DNA of 32,792 nucleotides from Thraustochytrium aureum. Lineage: Eukaryota. This document shows positions 1-10,472 of the stretch, piece by piece (position 1 is the first letter of the stretch; each line of letters begins with the position of its first letter). The position numbers were made by a program, and so were the translations under genes. The notes under the pieces were generated by a model. The model was not told where the DNA came from. It saw nothing but the letters and a program-made list of their open reading frames with translations, and did not search any database. Where the stretch lies: NCBI GenBank assembly GCA_012862495.1, contig BLSG01000133.1:13039-45830 (forward strand), written 5' to 3'.

Positions 1-331
1 GAGGTTGAAGTGCTTTTGATTGATGGATTGATTTCAAATCAAGATGGATTGGAACGGTCTGCTCGGTCATGGGCTTGGCATCGGTCGCTGGGAGTGAGCT
101 GCGAGAACGGATGTGGCCGCTCAGCGCGGTGACGCGCGCCATGGGGCCCGGCCGAGCCTGCGCCCCGCGGGCTCGCCCGCCCACCATTCCAGGAGCATCG
201 AAAAGCAAAGGAAAAATGAACAAACAAAAACATAGGGAACAAGGAGAGGGAGGTATGGTAGCGCTTTTCGCAGTAGATAGCCGTTGGAGCTGTTGGATTG
301 GTGGGCTGAGCTGCCAATGTCTCTTCCAGAG

Positions 332-352
332 CAGCAGCAGCAGCAGCAGCAG
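332..352. repeat. (CAG)7 microsatellite
   Basis: Seven CAG units read directly. Confidence 0.9.
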
Positions 353-481
353 GCCAGCGCCAATGACGGTGAAGGCAACGCATGCTGAATTCGTCGCGAA
401 AGGAAAGGGCTTGGTGTGTGCTGCATCGGCAGGCAGTGAGCGACGCTAGCCAAACCATCTCAAGTCGGCGTCCAACGAGGA

Positions 482-506
482 GGTCTGGTCTGGTCTGGAC
501 TGGACT
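482..506. repeat. Pentamer repeat (GGTCT)3(GGACT)2
   Basis: Read directly, about 150 bp upstream of ATG 657. Confidence 0.8.
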
Positions 507-656
507 TGACGCTGTCACAGCGTCTGCCGGAGCTCGAGGCGCAAGTCTGACTTGACGCCGCCGAGCCACCCAGACAACACCGGCAGGAGAAGGAACGCGG
601 AAACGTTGTGGGGTCAGGCTTTGAGGCGCTGCTGCTCGAGGCCAGGGATATAGGAA

Positions 657-2709
657 ATGCCAGGTGGAGCGAGGTGGCTTTCAGTGGCTGCGCTTGGCTG
701 GGCGGTTTGCGCAGCCAGGGTAGGAGCGTCTAGCAAGCAAGATTGCTTTGCGGATGGCGGAACTGTCGCTGGGGCCATGGCGCCCTGCGTTTTCCCGTTC
801 CAAGTCGTCGCAAGTATTTATCACGACGGGGTCAAAATTGTGGTTAGTCAACACTTTTCCGGCTGCGCCCCGGTGGAGGCCCCATACAGCCCCGTCGAGT
901 TTGTCTTTAACGATGACGGAAGCATCAACTCGACGACAAAGTCGCTGCTTCCGCCGACCGACCAAGCAACGAACACGAGGTTTTGGTGCCCGACAAGCGG
1001 GTACTACTCGCACTCGTCAAGTACGCACCAGCCAGCCTGGGGGTACTGCAATTGCGGCGACGACTTCCACTTCGAGACAAGGGCACCGACAACGCCTTCG
1101 CCCACAAGGCCAACCCCCGCGCCCAGTGCAGCTCCCACGACCCCAACAAAGTCACCATCGTCCTCCCCAATCACGCCAACCGCGCAGCCCACGGAGGATC
1201 CAACAACTGGGCCGACACAGACACCGTCAGCACAGCCCACGCCAAGTCCTACAACTAGGCCAACCGGGGCGCCCACCGCCCAGCCCACGCACGGACAGAC
1301 GCCACCACCAACGGGGGCGCCCACCGCACCTCCGTCCACGGCGCCAAGCACGAAACCCTCTCAGTCGCCGAGCAAACCTACCAAGTCGCCGAGCTCGCAC
1401 CCGACGCAAACGCCGGAGGCGACCAGCTCGCCAACCGGGCCGCCGCAACCTGGCGCAACCCAAGCGCCATCCCAGCCTGCAAACTCTTCAGCCCCGACCC
1501 CGTTGCGAACCAGTGCGCCAAGCGCAACGCAGCAGACAACGGCGCCTTCAACCTCACCAGGTTCCGCTACCCTTGCGCCAGTGCGAAGCGTATCGCTGGC
1601 ACCGTCCTCAGGCCCGACGCCCGGATCGCCGACCGCCTCGCCATCAACGTCCCCGACGAAAACATGCAACTTGAACGGGCAACACGACGACGGCGAGTCT
1701 GGTACTGACTGTGGCGGCCCAAACTGTCCTGGATGCGCTGCCAACGAGACCTGCGAAATCGGCGCAGATTGCGAGGGTTCGCTCGTGTGCCGCAGCTCTG
1801 GGACCTGCGAGCAAGTCGACCGCGTAGGGGTTGCTGTTGCGGTGCGCAGGCTGTCATCGAGCAGGATTAGTCCGCTGGAATTGCGTGCACTTGCTGATCA
1901 CCTCGCGACCACCGTGATGCAGTCGTCCGGCGGCTTCATTGCAAACGCTTCGAGCGAGGTTGAGGCCTACTCTACTCCTGAAAACCCCTGGGGCCGCCCA
2001 CAGTGCCACACGGACGGAGGATGGGCAGCCCAACGTTCGCCGTGCGCTCTGCCGTTTGTTTACAATAACGTGACGTACAGACACTGCATCGACGTGCAGA
2101 CTGTGGCGCCCTACTTGGGCAACGAAACCACTCCACCGCCGCTCCAGCCCCCAAGTCTGTACTGGGTGAAGTGGTGTCCAACGGTCCGCGAGTATGACGC
2201 GAGCGGGCCCGCTCGAGAATCGTGGGGCTTTTGCGACTGCGGAGACACTTGGCCGACCTCGTACCCGACCCAGTTCCCGACGCGATCAGCCGCATCAGTG
2301 GCGCCTACCCGATCCCCAACGCATGTGGAGCAGACCGCTGAATGCTCTGACGCACGCCAGAACGAGATGGCCATCAACTCCGCGCGCAGCGCGCTGGCGT
2401 CCGACGATTTGCTGGCAGCAGACGCGATCCGAGTTCAAGAGCCTGCAGGCGCCGCAACTCCGCCAAGTGAGGTGGCGAAGCCTTGGAGATGAGATTCGAC
2501 CTCGCGGTGCATCCTGGTGCGCTGGCCAACCAGCGCGGTGAAGCTGACATTGAAGCAGCGGTTCGCGCGGCCTTGCTCGAGGCGTTGGACACGCCGTTTG
2601 TCAACAGCACCGCCCGAGCGCTGTGCGAGCCCTGGTGGACATGAGGAGCCTGTTGGCGTTCGGAGCAAGCTTGCCCGTCGCAGGCGCGTGCCTATTGCTG
2701 ATTTCTTGA
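657..2709 (+). CDS. Secreted mucin-like surface protein: signal peptide, two fibronectin type II-like modules, Pro/Thr/Ser stalk, Cys-rich module, probable GPI-anchor signal (two frameshifts near 2471 and 2614)
   Basis: ORF 657-2492 starts with a hydrophobic leader (WLSVAALGWAVCAARVGA) and has two PCxxPF...C...WCPT...Y...WGxC modules, a long PT-rich tract and a C..NG....GESGTDCGGPNCPGC module. Protein-like sequence continues in the -1 frame (GEALEMRFDLAVHPG...FVNST) and again in -1 (SAVRALVDMRSLLAFGASLPVAGACLLLIS, TGA 2707-2709). Confidence 0.8.
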
Positions 2710-3030
2710 TTCAAGATCAAGACCATGAAAAATAACCCTGTATGAATTGCGATTGTCAGATACCACACCACCACCGGCGGTGCCTCTCGACTTGAGCTAG
2801 ACCTCGTGGAGGACAGCCCAAGACCAGGCGCTTTTCCATTATCTCGCGAGCGAATCCCTCTCCCTCTCTCGCTTGATCGAAATGGACGGATACCTACGTG
2901 ATCACGAAGCGGACAGCCCGGAGCTTGTTTGCAAGCGGGAGCACGTCCTCGAGAGTGCCTTGCCTGTTCTGCTCCCGTTTGCGACTCGCCATGACGTGAG
3001 CTCCTGGCAAGCAACACGCTATGGGACAGC

Positions 3031-4651
3031 TCAAAAGAACCCCGACGTTGCCGCAAGCACCGCGAGTCGCGGGCGCGCGCGCACGTCGACCGCGTTGAGC
3101 GCAGCCAAAACCTCGGGGATCATGTCGGACGGGCGGTGCGCCATGTTGCAGTGACGACGGCGGCAGCTCGGGCCGTCGCGGCAAAACTTGTCGGTCTGGC
3201 CGCGCATAAAACCCTCGAGAGCGATGACTTGCTTTTCCCAAACCTTTTCGAGGACCGCGATCATCGGCTTGCCATACTGCTCGAGGAGCTGGTCGATGGG
3301 GAGGTCCATGAGGATGGGCTTGTTGAAGCAGTTGCGCTCCGCGTTAAACCCGTAGGCAAAGACGTCCTTGCCAAGGACGACCTGCAGCTTGCCGAGGAGC
3401 TCGTTGCGGCGCTCATCACTGGCATCAAACCCGTGAAAGAGCAGCCAATACGTCTTTCGCATCGAAAACGTGGAGAACGGCTTGGTGGACGCCACAGTCT
3501 TGTCCAGCGAAACCCAGGCCGCTTGCTGCTCAGGGGGCAGCTCGGCGGCCTTGAGGTCCTGCGCCTCCATGCGCTGGCACATCGCGTCCAGCTTGGACAA
3601 GGTCTTGCCCCCGGCGGCGGCGGCCTCGTCTTCCTTCGCAGGCGGCGCACTCTTGGCTTTGAGGGCGTCGAGCTCCTCTTGCGCGCGCTTGCGAGCGGCG
3701 TCCTCGATGCGCTTGCGGCCCACGTCGAGGCCGCTAAACTTTTCCAGGTCGAACAGCGAGAGCATCATGCTCAGGAAGTGGCAGTCCACAAGGCGCACGC
3801 TCATGTGGAAGCGCATCATGATCATGCCGCCGGGGCGAACATACTTCATTGCGAAGAAAAGCTGCGCAAAGTGCAGCAAGTCCTTGAGCTCGTTCATGTT
3901 CTCCCCGCCCCACTCCTGGTGGATCGTGATGCCGACGATGACGAGGTCGAATCCCTCAAAGTCGTCCGGCAGTTTGCACGCCGCTTTCAGGTCGAGGTCT
4001 TCGCGGGCCATGTCGATCACGTCGCCAATGTAAGGAAAGAATCGTTCGTTGCGATTCAGCGAGTCGAGGTATACGTTGCCGCCCAAGCTGGGATCGAGCG
4101 TCACACCAACACCCTTGATGTTTGGGTGCGCTTCCAGCAAGAGGTCGGCCATGCCGCCGGGCGCGAACCCAAAGTCGAGGAACCAGCACTTGCCCTTCGC
4201 AATGGCCACGTCCTTGGCGCGCTCCGAGTACGCGAGGCCGTTGTCTATGTCGATCGCGTACTTGAAGAACTGTGTAAAAATAGGGCGAATGTCGGCGCCC
4301 TTGTGCGCGCCGGGGCGGTGCTCCTTGGTGGCCTTGACGGAGTTCTTCTTCTCGAAAAAGTGCGCAATGTACTTGTTCGTGTACCCCTGGCTGCGAACCT
4401 CCGCCCAGCGCCGGTACACCTCAGAGTGCTCGTTGTAAAAGTCTTGCAGCGTTGTGGTCTCGACGGACAGCATGTCCGGGTGCCGCGCTTTCTCGGCCTC
4501 GTCCCGCTCCCGCTGCGACCGCTCGATCTCTTCGGGCGTCTGCTGCACGAGCGGCTCTTCCGCTGTGGGGGGAGGAGGCGGTGCGCGGGCGCTCGGGTCC
4601 TGACCGGCCAGCGTGCTGTAGCGTCCACCGCTCGTCGCAGCCTTGCTCCTG
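3031..4651 (-). CDS. FtsJ/RrmJ-fold SAM-dependent methyltransferase-like protein with C-terminal CCCH zinc finger (5' end in gap)
   Basis: SAM-binding motif WFLDFGFAPGG, then GVGVTL, FDLVIV and YVRPGGMIMM strands of the Rossmann MTase fold; CRDGPSCRRRHCNMAH at 3136-3183. Confidence 0.8.
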
Positions 4652-5414
4652 NNNNNNNNNNNNNNNNNNNNNNNNNNNNNNNNNNNNNNNNNNNNNNNNN
4701 NNNNNNNNNNNNNNNNNNNNNNNNNNNNNNNNNNNNNNNNNNNNNNNNNNNNNNNNNNNNNNNNNNNNNNNNNNNNNNNNNNNNNNNNNNNNNNNNNNNN
4801 NNNNNNNNNNNNNNNNNNNNNNNNNNNNNNNNNNNNNNNNNNNNNNNNNNNNNNNNNNNNNNNNNNNNNNNNNNNNNNNNNNNNNNNNNNNNNNNNNNNN
4901 NNNNNNNNNNNNNNNNNNNNNNNNNNNNNNNNNNNNNNNNNNNNNNNNNNNNNNNNNNNNNNNNNNNNNNNNNNNNNNNNNNNNNNNNNNNNNNNNNNNN
5001 NNNNNNNNNNNNNNNNNNNNNNNNNNNNNNNNNNNNNNNNNNNNNNNNNNNNNNNNNNNNNNNNNNNNNNNNNNNNNNNNNNNNNNNNNNNNNNNNNNNN
5101 NNNNNNNNNNNNNNNNNNNNNNNNNNNNNNNNNNNNNNNNNNNNNNNNNNNNNNNNNNNNNNNNNNNNNNNNNNNNNNNNNNNNNNNNNNNNNNNNNNNN
5201 NNNNNNNNNNNNNNNNNNNNNNNNNNNNNNNNNNNNNNNNNNNNNNNNNNNNNNNNNNNNNNNNNNNNNNNNNNNNNNNNNNNNNNNNNNNNNNNNNNNN
5301 NNNNNNNNNNNNNNNNNNNNNNNNNNNNNNNNNNNNNNNNNNNNNNNNNNNNNNNNNNNNNNNNNNNNNNNNNNNNNNNNNNNNNNNNNNNNNNNNNNNN
5401 NNNNNNNNNNNNNN
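4652..5414. other. Assembly gap (first of nine; others 7691-7945, 9716-10021, 11490-12165, 14443-14863, 18307-18715, 20270-20847, 26045-27018, 28478-28608)
   Basis: Runs of N. Confidence 0.99.
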
Positions 5415-5813
5415 TCAAGAGGCAAGGCTTTCTTTCTTTCGCTCGAGTCGCGCCGCTGCCTGCCAGCAGCGGTGCTTGGCTGGCGGTAGCCGCGCCACAG
5501 CCGAGGCTGGGCTTCGCGCGGCGGTTCTCGCCAGAGGGATGGCTGTCGGGTGGCGACACGCGCATGGTTGCTGTACCGGTACACTTTTTCATGTGCAAGT
5601 TTTTCACCCACTTCGTGGGCAACCAGAAGGCGCCGGGCAGACAGACGTTGAACCGAGCCAAACCAGCGACTCGTGCGAGCACCGGAGCATTGAAGTGTCT
5701 GCAGGTCCTGGAGAGACGCAACTGGTCTCTGATCCGTGCGCGTCTGAGCGTGTCGGAGCGCGGGCAGATCGTTGAACTCAGTCCTGCGCAATTCCAAACA
5801 GTGACTCGGCACC

Positions 5814-7597
5814 ATGGCGAGTCCCGAGCCGCCACCGGAGATGGAGTGGGACGTCGTGGACAGCGTGCTGCAGCGCCTTGACGAACGCAAGAATGTGTGG
5901 GGCCAGCTCAAGCCAAGCGAGAGGCTCGTGTACCTGAAGGACGCGCGAAACAGTTGCTCAGCAAAGTTGACGGACTCGCCTGGAGCACCGCCTCAGCCAA
6001 GCTCCAAGGCTGGGATGTTGAGAACGAGGGGCCGGCCGGGAACCCGGGCAAGCGGATGGCCGCGCAGGAGCACGGTGTCACCATGATCACCATCAAGTTT
6101 CACCTGGACGGATTGATTGCGACCTACCAAGCACTGGTGAAAGCAGGCAATGTGTACGACGCGCCGGCTCCAGCCAAGCTCAAAGTGCGGCAGGCCGCGG
6201 ACGGACGGTGCGTGGTGCAGCCCGAATCCACCCTGTTCGAGTGGGCGCAGAGCGTGAGCCTGGAGCTGTACATTCAGGAGGGCCACGACCCGCGCAAGGA
6301 AGGCCGCTCGCTCAACCACTTTGCCGGCAAGACGTGTCTTTCTCTTGGGGCGGGCAACCAGACCTTTCTGACCGTGTGCGACGTCCTGCACAAGCTCTTC
6401 GCTGACGGACAGCCCGTGCTACTAAAGCACCACCCTCTGCGCGCGTTCAGCTACGAGCCGTTTGGGATCCTGTTTTCCAAGCTGATCGCGGACGGCTTTT
6501 TCGGCCAAGTGGTCTGCAACCTTGACATAGTGCAGCGGCTCAACCTGGACCCGCGTATAGAGGCCGTGCACATGACTGGCGGGAAGCCCACGCACGACGC
6601 CATCGTGCGGGGCTGGCGAGACGCCGGAATCCCGGACAAGCCCTTTTCTAGCGAGCTCGGCAACGTCACGCCGTGGATCGTTGCCTCAGGCGGCGCGCCA
6701 TGGACGCAAGAAGAGATCGAGCGCAACATAAACCAGCTAATGGTTGGCGTCGTGGGCCAAGAGTCGTGCAACTGCCTCTCGCCGAAGGTGCTCGTCCTGG
6801 ATGCCGACTGGCCGCAGCGTGGGGCATACATCGAATGCGTCAAAGCCAAGGCTCGCGCGGCGCGTCTTCCGCCAGCCTACTACCCTGGCACTCGGCAGCG
6901 TTACAAACACTTTGTTGATTCGTATGCCAAGCCTCGCGCAGGAGTGACCGTGACGACGCTTGAGGCTCAGCACGCCGAAGGCCTCGCACCTTCAATTGGC
7001 AAAGGCGGGGATCCCCGAGAGCCGCTTCCGATCCTCCTTATTGAGCACGAGGTGGATATGGAGGACGAGTCTTCGCTCGAGGCTCTTTCGTTCAAGACGG
7101 AGGCCTTTGCGCCGGTGCTCGCGGTTGCGTACATCAAGGGCGGCAAGAACGACACGGCGATCTCGCTCGCCCAGGCAACGTCGTTTGCGAACGACCACTT
7201 GTTCGGCACATTGAGCGCTACGCTCGTGGTGCACTCGAGCCTCGTGGGCACGCCCGCGGTAGAAGCTGCCCTTGACAGGCTTCGCTATGGGGCGATCGGT
7301 GTCAACACGTGGACTGCGTTCGCCTACCTGCTCCCGAACGGGGTCTGGGGCGGCTACCCTGGCGAGTCGATTGACAACGTGCAGTCAGGGATCGGCTTTG
7401 TGCACAATTGTCTGATGCTTCGTAACGTGGAGAGGAGCGTTGTGCGACTGCCCTTCACGAACGGTTTGCAGGCGGACCAGACGAGCTCCCAGGAAGGTCC
7501 CTCGCCGCTCGTAATGGCCCGCGGCTTCACCCTGGTGGTAAACCCGGGTCTTCGCAGCTTCATCCGCCTGCTGCGCGCGTTCATCTTTCGCTCCTAG
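5814..7597 (+). CDS. Aldehyde dehydrogenase superfamily protein (frameshift at 5948-5950)
   Basis: ORFs 5814-6086 and 5897-7597 join as LKDARKQLLSK if one A is added. Motifs LGAGN, LLKHHP, HMTGG, SELGNVTP (general-base Glu), SCNCLSP (catalytic Cys), TEAFAPVL, YGAIGVN and WGGYPG...QSGIG. Confidence 0.88.
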
Positions 7598-8032
7598 CAC
7601 GCGAGCCTCCTCCGCGTCGCCCACAAAATAAACTCATCCTCTTCACCCTGACAGTGTCAATTCCACCAACCAACCAGAACAGCAAAACCANNNNNNNNNN
7701 NNNNNNNNNNNNNNNNNNNNNNNNNNNNNNNNNNNNNNNNNNNNNNNNNNNNNNNNNNNNNNNNNNNNNNNNNNNNNNNNNNNNNNNNNNNNNNNNNNNN
7801 NNNNNNNNNNNNNNNNNNNNNNNNNNNNNNNNNNNNNNNNNNNNNNNNNNNNNNNNNNNNNNNNNNNNNNNNNNNNNNNNNNNNNNNNNNNNNNNNNNNN
7901 NNNNNNNNNNNNNNNNNNNNNNNNNNNNNNNNNNNNNNNNNNNNNAACGCGCCCGCAGGACGAGCGGCCGCTAGCAGCAGCAGCAGCAGGAGGAGCAGCA
8001 GGAGGAGGAGGTCGTGGACGCGAAGCCGGGCG

Positions 8033-10046
8033 ATGAGCGGGATGGGGCGAGGACGCGGCGGAGGCGGCAGAGGCGCTGGACGCGGAGCCGGGGCTGGACG
8101 CGGAGCCGGGGCTGGACGCGGCGCGGCACGAGGCGCGAATCGCGGCGGGGCCGGTAGAGGCGGGAGTGGAGGCCGGGGTGGCGGGCGAGGCGGGTCCAGG
8201 GGCGCGGCCACGGGTGGCGGCGAAGTTTCGCGGACGGAAAGGAAAGCCGGGCGGCGAGAGATGCAGTTGGCAACGATGAAGCGCAAGAGTGAAGCCGAGG
8301 CCAACTTTTACTGGTCGGCGGTGAAGCGCGGCCCTACGCGCGAGAAGCAGCTCGGCGAGGAAGCCACCTTTGGGCAAATGACCGCGTCCGGGATCGACTT
8401 TGACAAGTATCAGGACATCAAGGTCGAGTGCAGCAACAAGGCCATCACGCCGCTGTCCTCTTTCGAAGAAGTGGAGAAGGAGCTCGGCGGCGACCTGCTG
8501 CGCGCGATCAAGCGCATGAACTACGCCAAGCCAACACCAATCCAGCAATACTCGATCCCCAGCGGGCTCGCAGGCAACGACCTCATGTGCGCGGCGCAGA
8601 CAGGGAGCGGCAAGACGTGCTCCTTTCTCGTGCCGACGATTGCCGCGATGCTTAAAGCGGGCTTGGGCAAGAGCCAAGACGAGGACGGCGTCACATGCCC
8701 TGCCGCGCTCGTCCTCGCCCCGACACGCGAGCTGGCCAGCCAGATCGACGTAGAGGCCAACAAGCTCTGCTATTGGACAAACATCTCGCCCCTCTGTGTG
8801 TACGGAGGGTCGCCAGCGCGCAGCCAGCTGGAGGCGATGGCCGGGATGGGAAACCGGCCCCTCCTTCTGACGGCGACGCCCGGCCGCCTCACCGACTTTG
8901 TCGACCGAGGCATCGTCAAGCTTCGCATGGTCAAACACCTCATCCTCGACGAGGCGGACCGCATGCTCGACATGGGGTTTGAGCCGCAGGTTCGCAAGAT
9001 CGTGCAGCGGCTCGACATGCCCAAGGCTGCGTCAAGGTCCACGCTCATGTTTTCTGCCACCTTCCCAGAGGCGATCCAACGGCTGGCCGCAGACTTTTTG
9101 CGGCCGGGCTACACCTGGATCGCGGTCGGGCGCGTGGGCAGCACAACAGAGTCCATTACTCAGCGCCTCATCTGCGCCCCGGCGGACCGCGCGAAAAAGC
9201 TGCAGCTTCTGGTGGAGCAACTCGGCACTGTCGAAGGACAGACGCTCGTGTTCACGCGAATGAAGCGCACGGCAACAATTGTCAAAAAGAAGCTCCAAAA
9301 GGACGCAGGCATCGATGCCGCAGAGATCCATGGCGACCGGTCCCAGAGCCAGCGGGAATCGGCCCTTGACGCTTTTCGCGACGGCAAGGTCCGCGTCCTC
9401 ATTGCGACAGATGTCGCTGCGCGTGGCCTCGACATCCCGGACGTCGCGCATGTGATCAACTTTGACCTGCCGATTGCGGAGGCTGACTTTGACTCGTACG
9501 TGCACCGCATCGGCCGCACGGGGCGTGCGGGCCGGCGCGGGATCAGCACAGCGTTGTACGTGCCTGGCTTTGATGCAAAGACCGGCAACGGCAAGATCGC
9601 CCCGCAGCTCTATCGCCTCCTCGTCGAGTCCAACCAGGAGATCCCGGCGTGGTTTGCAGAGCTCCCGGAAGTGGCGCGCGCCGCGCGTGCAACAAATGGG
9701 GGCCAGGGAGCCAAGNNNNNNNNNNNNNNNNNNNNNNNNNNNNNNNNNNNNNNNNNNNNNNNNNNNNNNNNNNNNNNNNNNNNNNNNNNNNNNNNNNNNN
9801 NNNNNNNNNNNNNNNNNNNNNNNNNNNNNNNNNNNNNNNNNNNNNNNNNNNNNNNNNNNNNNNNNNNNNNNNNNNNNNNNNNNNNNNNNNNNNNNNNNNN
9901 NNNNNNNNNNNNNNNNNNNNNNNNNNNNNNNNNNNNNNNNNNNNNNNNNNNNNNNNNNNNNNNNNNNNNNNNNNNNNNNNNNNNNNNNNNNNNNNNNNNN
10001 NNNNNNNNNNNNNNNNNNNNNCGGGCGTGGACCAAACAACAGGTAG
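8033..10046 (+). CDS. DDX3: DEAD-box RNA helicase, DDX3/Ded1 subfamily, RGG-rich N-terminus (gap 9716-10021 inside the C-terminal tail; true start may lie upstream)
   Basis: Q motif YAKPTPIQ, AQTGSGKT, PTRELA, TPGRL, DEADRMLDMGFEPQ, SAT, ARGLD, HRIGRTGR; subfamily marks SGIDFDKYQDIKVE and AVGRVGST. After the gap GRGPNNR-TAG (10044-10046) is the likely end. Confidence 0.92.
8075..8121 (+). repeat. 18-bp coding tandem repeat (AGRGAG) in the helicase RGG region
   Basis: GCTGGACGCGGAGCCGGG twice plus a partial third copy. Confidence 0.85.
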
Positions 10047-10472
10047 TTTCCCTTTCCCCTTGAAAACCAACTCGCTCCTGCCCCTGACCACGCGAGTTGA
10101 AGCGCAGACTATCATCGTGTTTGAGTTTTTTCTCAACAAATCGATCACGAGGGGCGCTTCTACCGTTCCAGACTCTCTACTAGAGCTAGCTAGAGGTACG
10201 GCTTGCTGATCTTGCTACTGGAGACGGAGTTGATCGTGGGCGGCTTGCCTTGGGCCACCAGGCCTTGCTGCAACCCCTCGAGGTCTCCCGAGGTCGCCCT
10301 GCCAGGCCTCGACGTCGCACAACGAAAGCGGTCAGTCCAAGCCGACTTGGCAGGCAGCCAACATGAGATACTCTAGAGCTAGTAGAGAGAGCTAGAGCTA
10401 GAAAACAGCAAGACAACAAGGCGGACGGCTTCTCGCCACTTGGTGTTCTAAAAAAGCTAGGGATCTGTAGGG

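Noticed and set aside
39..569. Short overlapping ORFs at the window start
   Set aside because: Low-complexity, microsatellite-containing sequence with no protein-like signal; probably intergenic or leader DNA.
3136..5775. Long + strand ORF opposite the methyltransferase, and similar antisense ORFs (e.g. 7643-8938, 13267-13878, 24802-26044, 30031-31269)
   Set aside because: Shadow frames caused by GC3-rich codon use on the real strand; no motifs, and several are inflated by N runs.
5415..5813. Open frames between the gap and the ALDH start
   Set aside because: Not protein-like; best read as the divergent promoter/leader region of the methyltransferase and ALDH genes.
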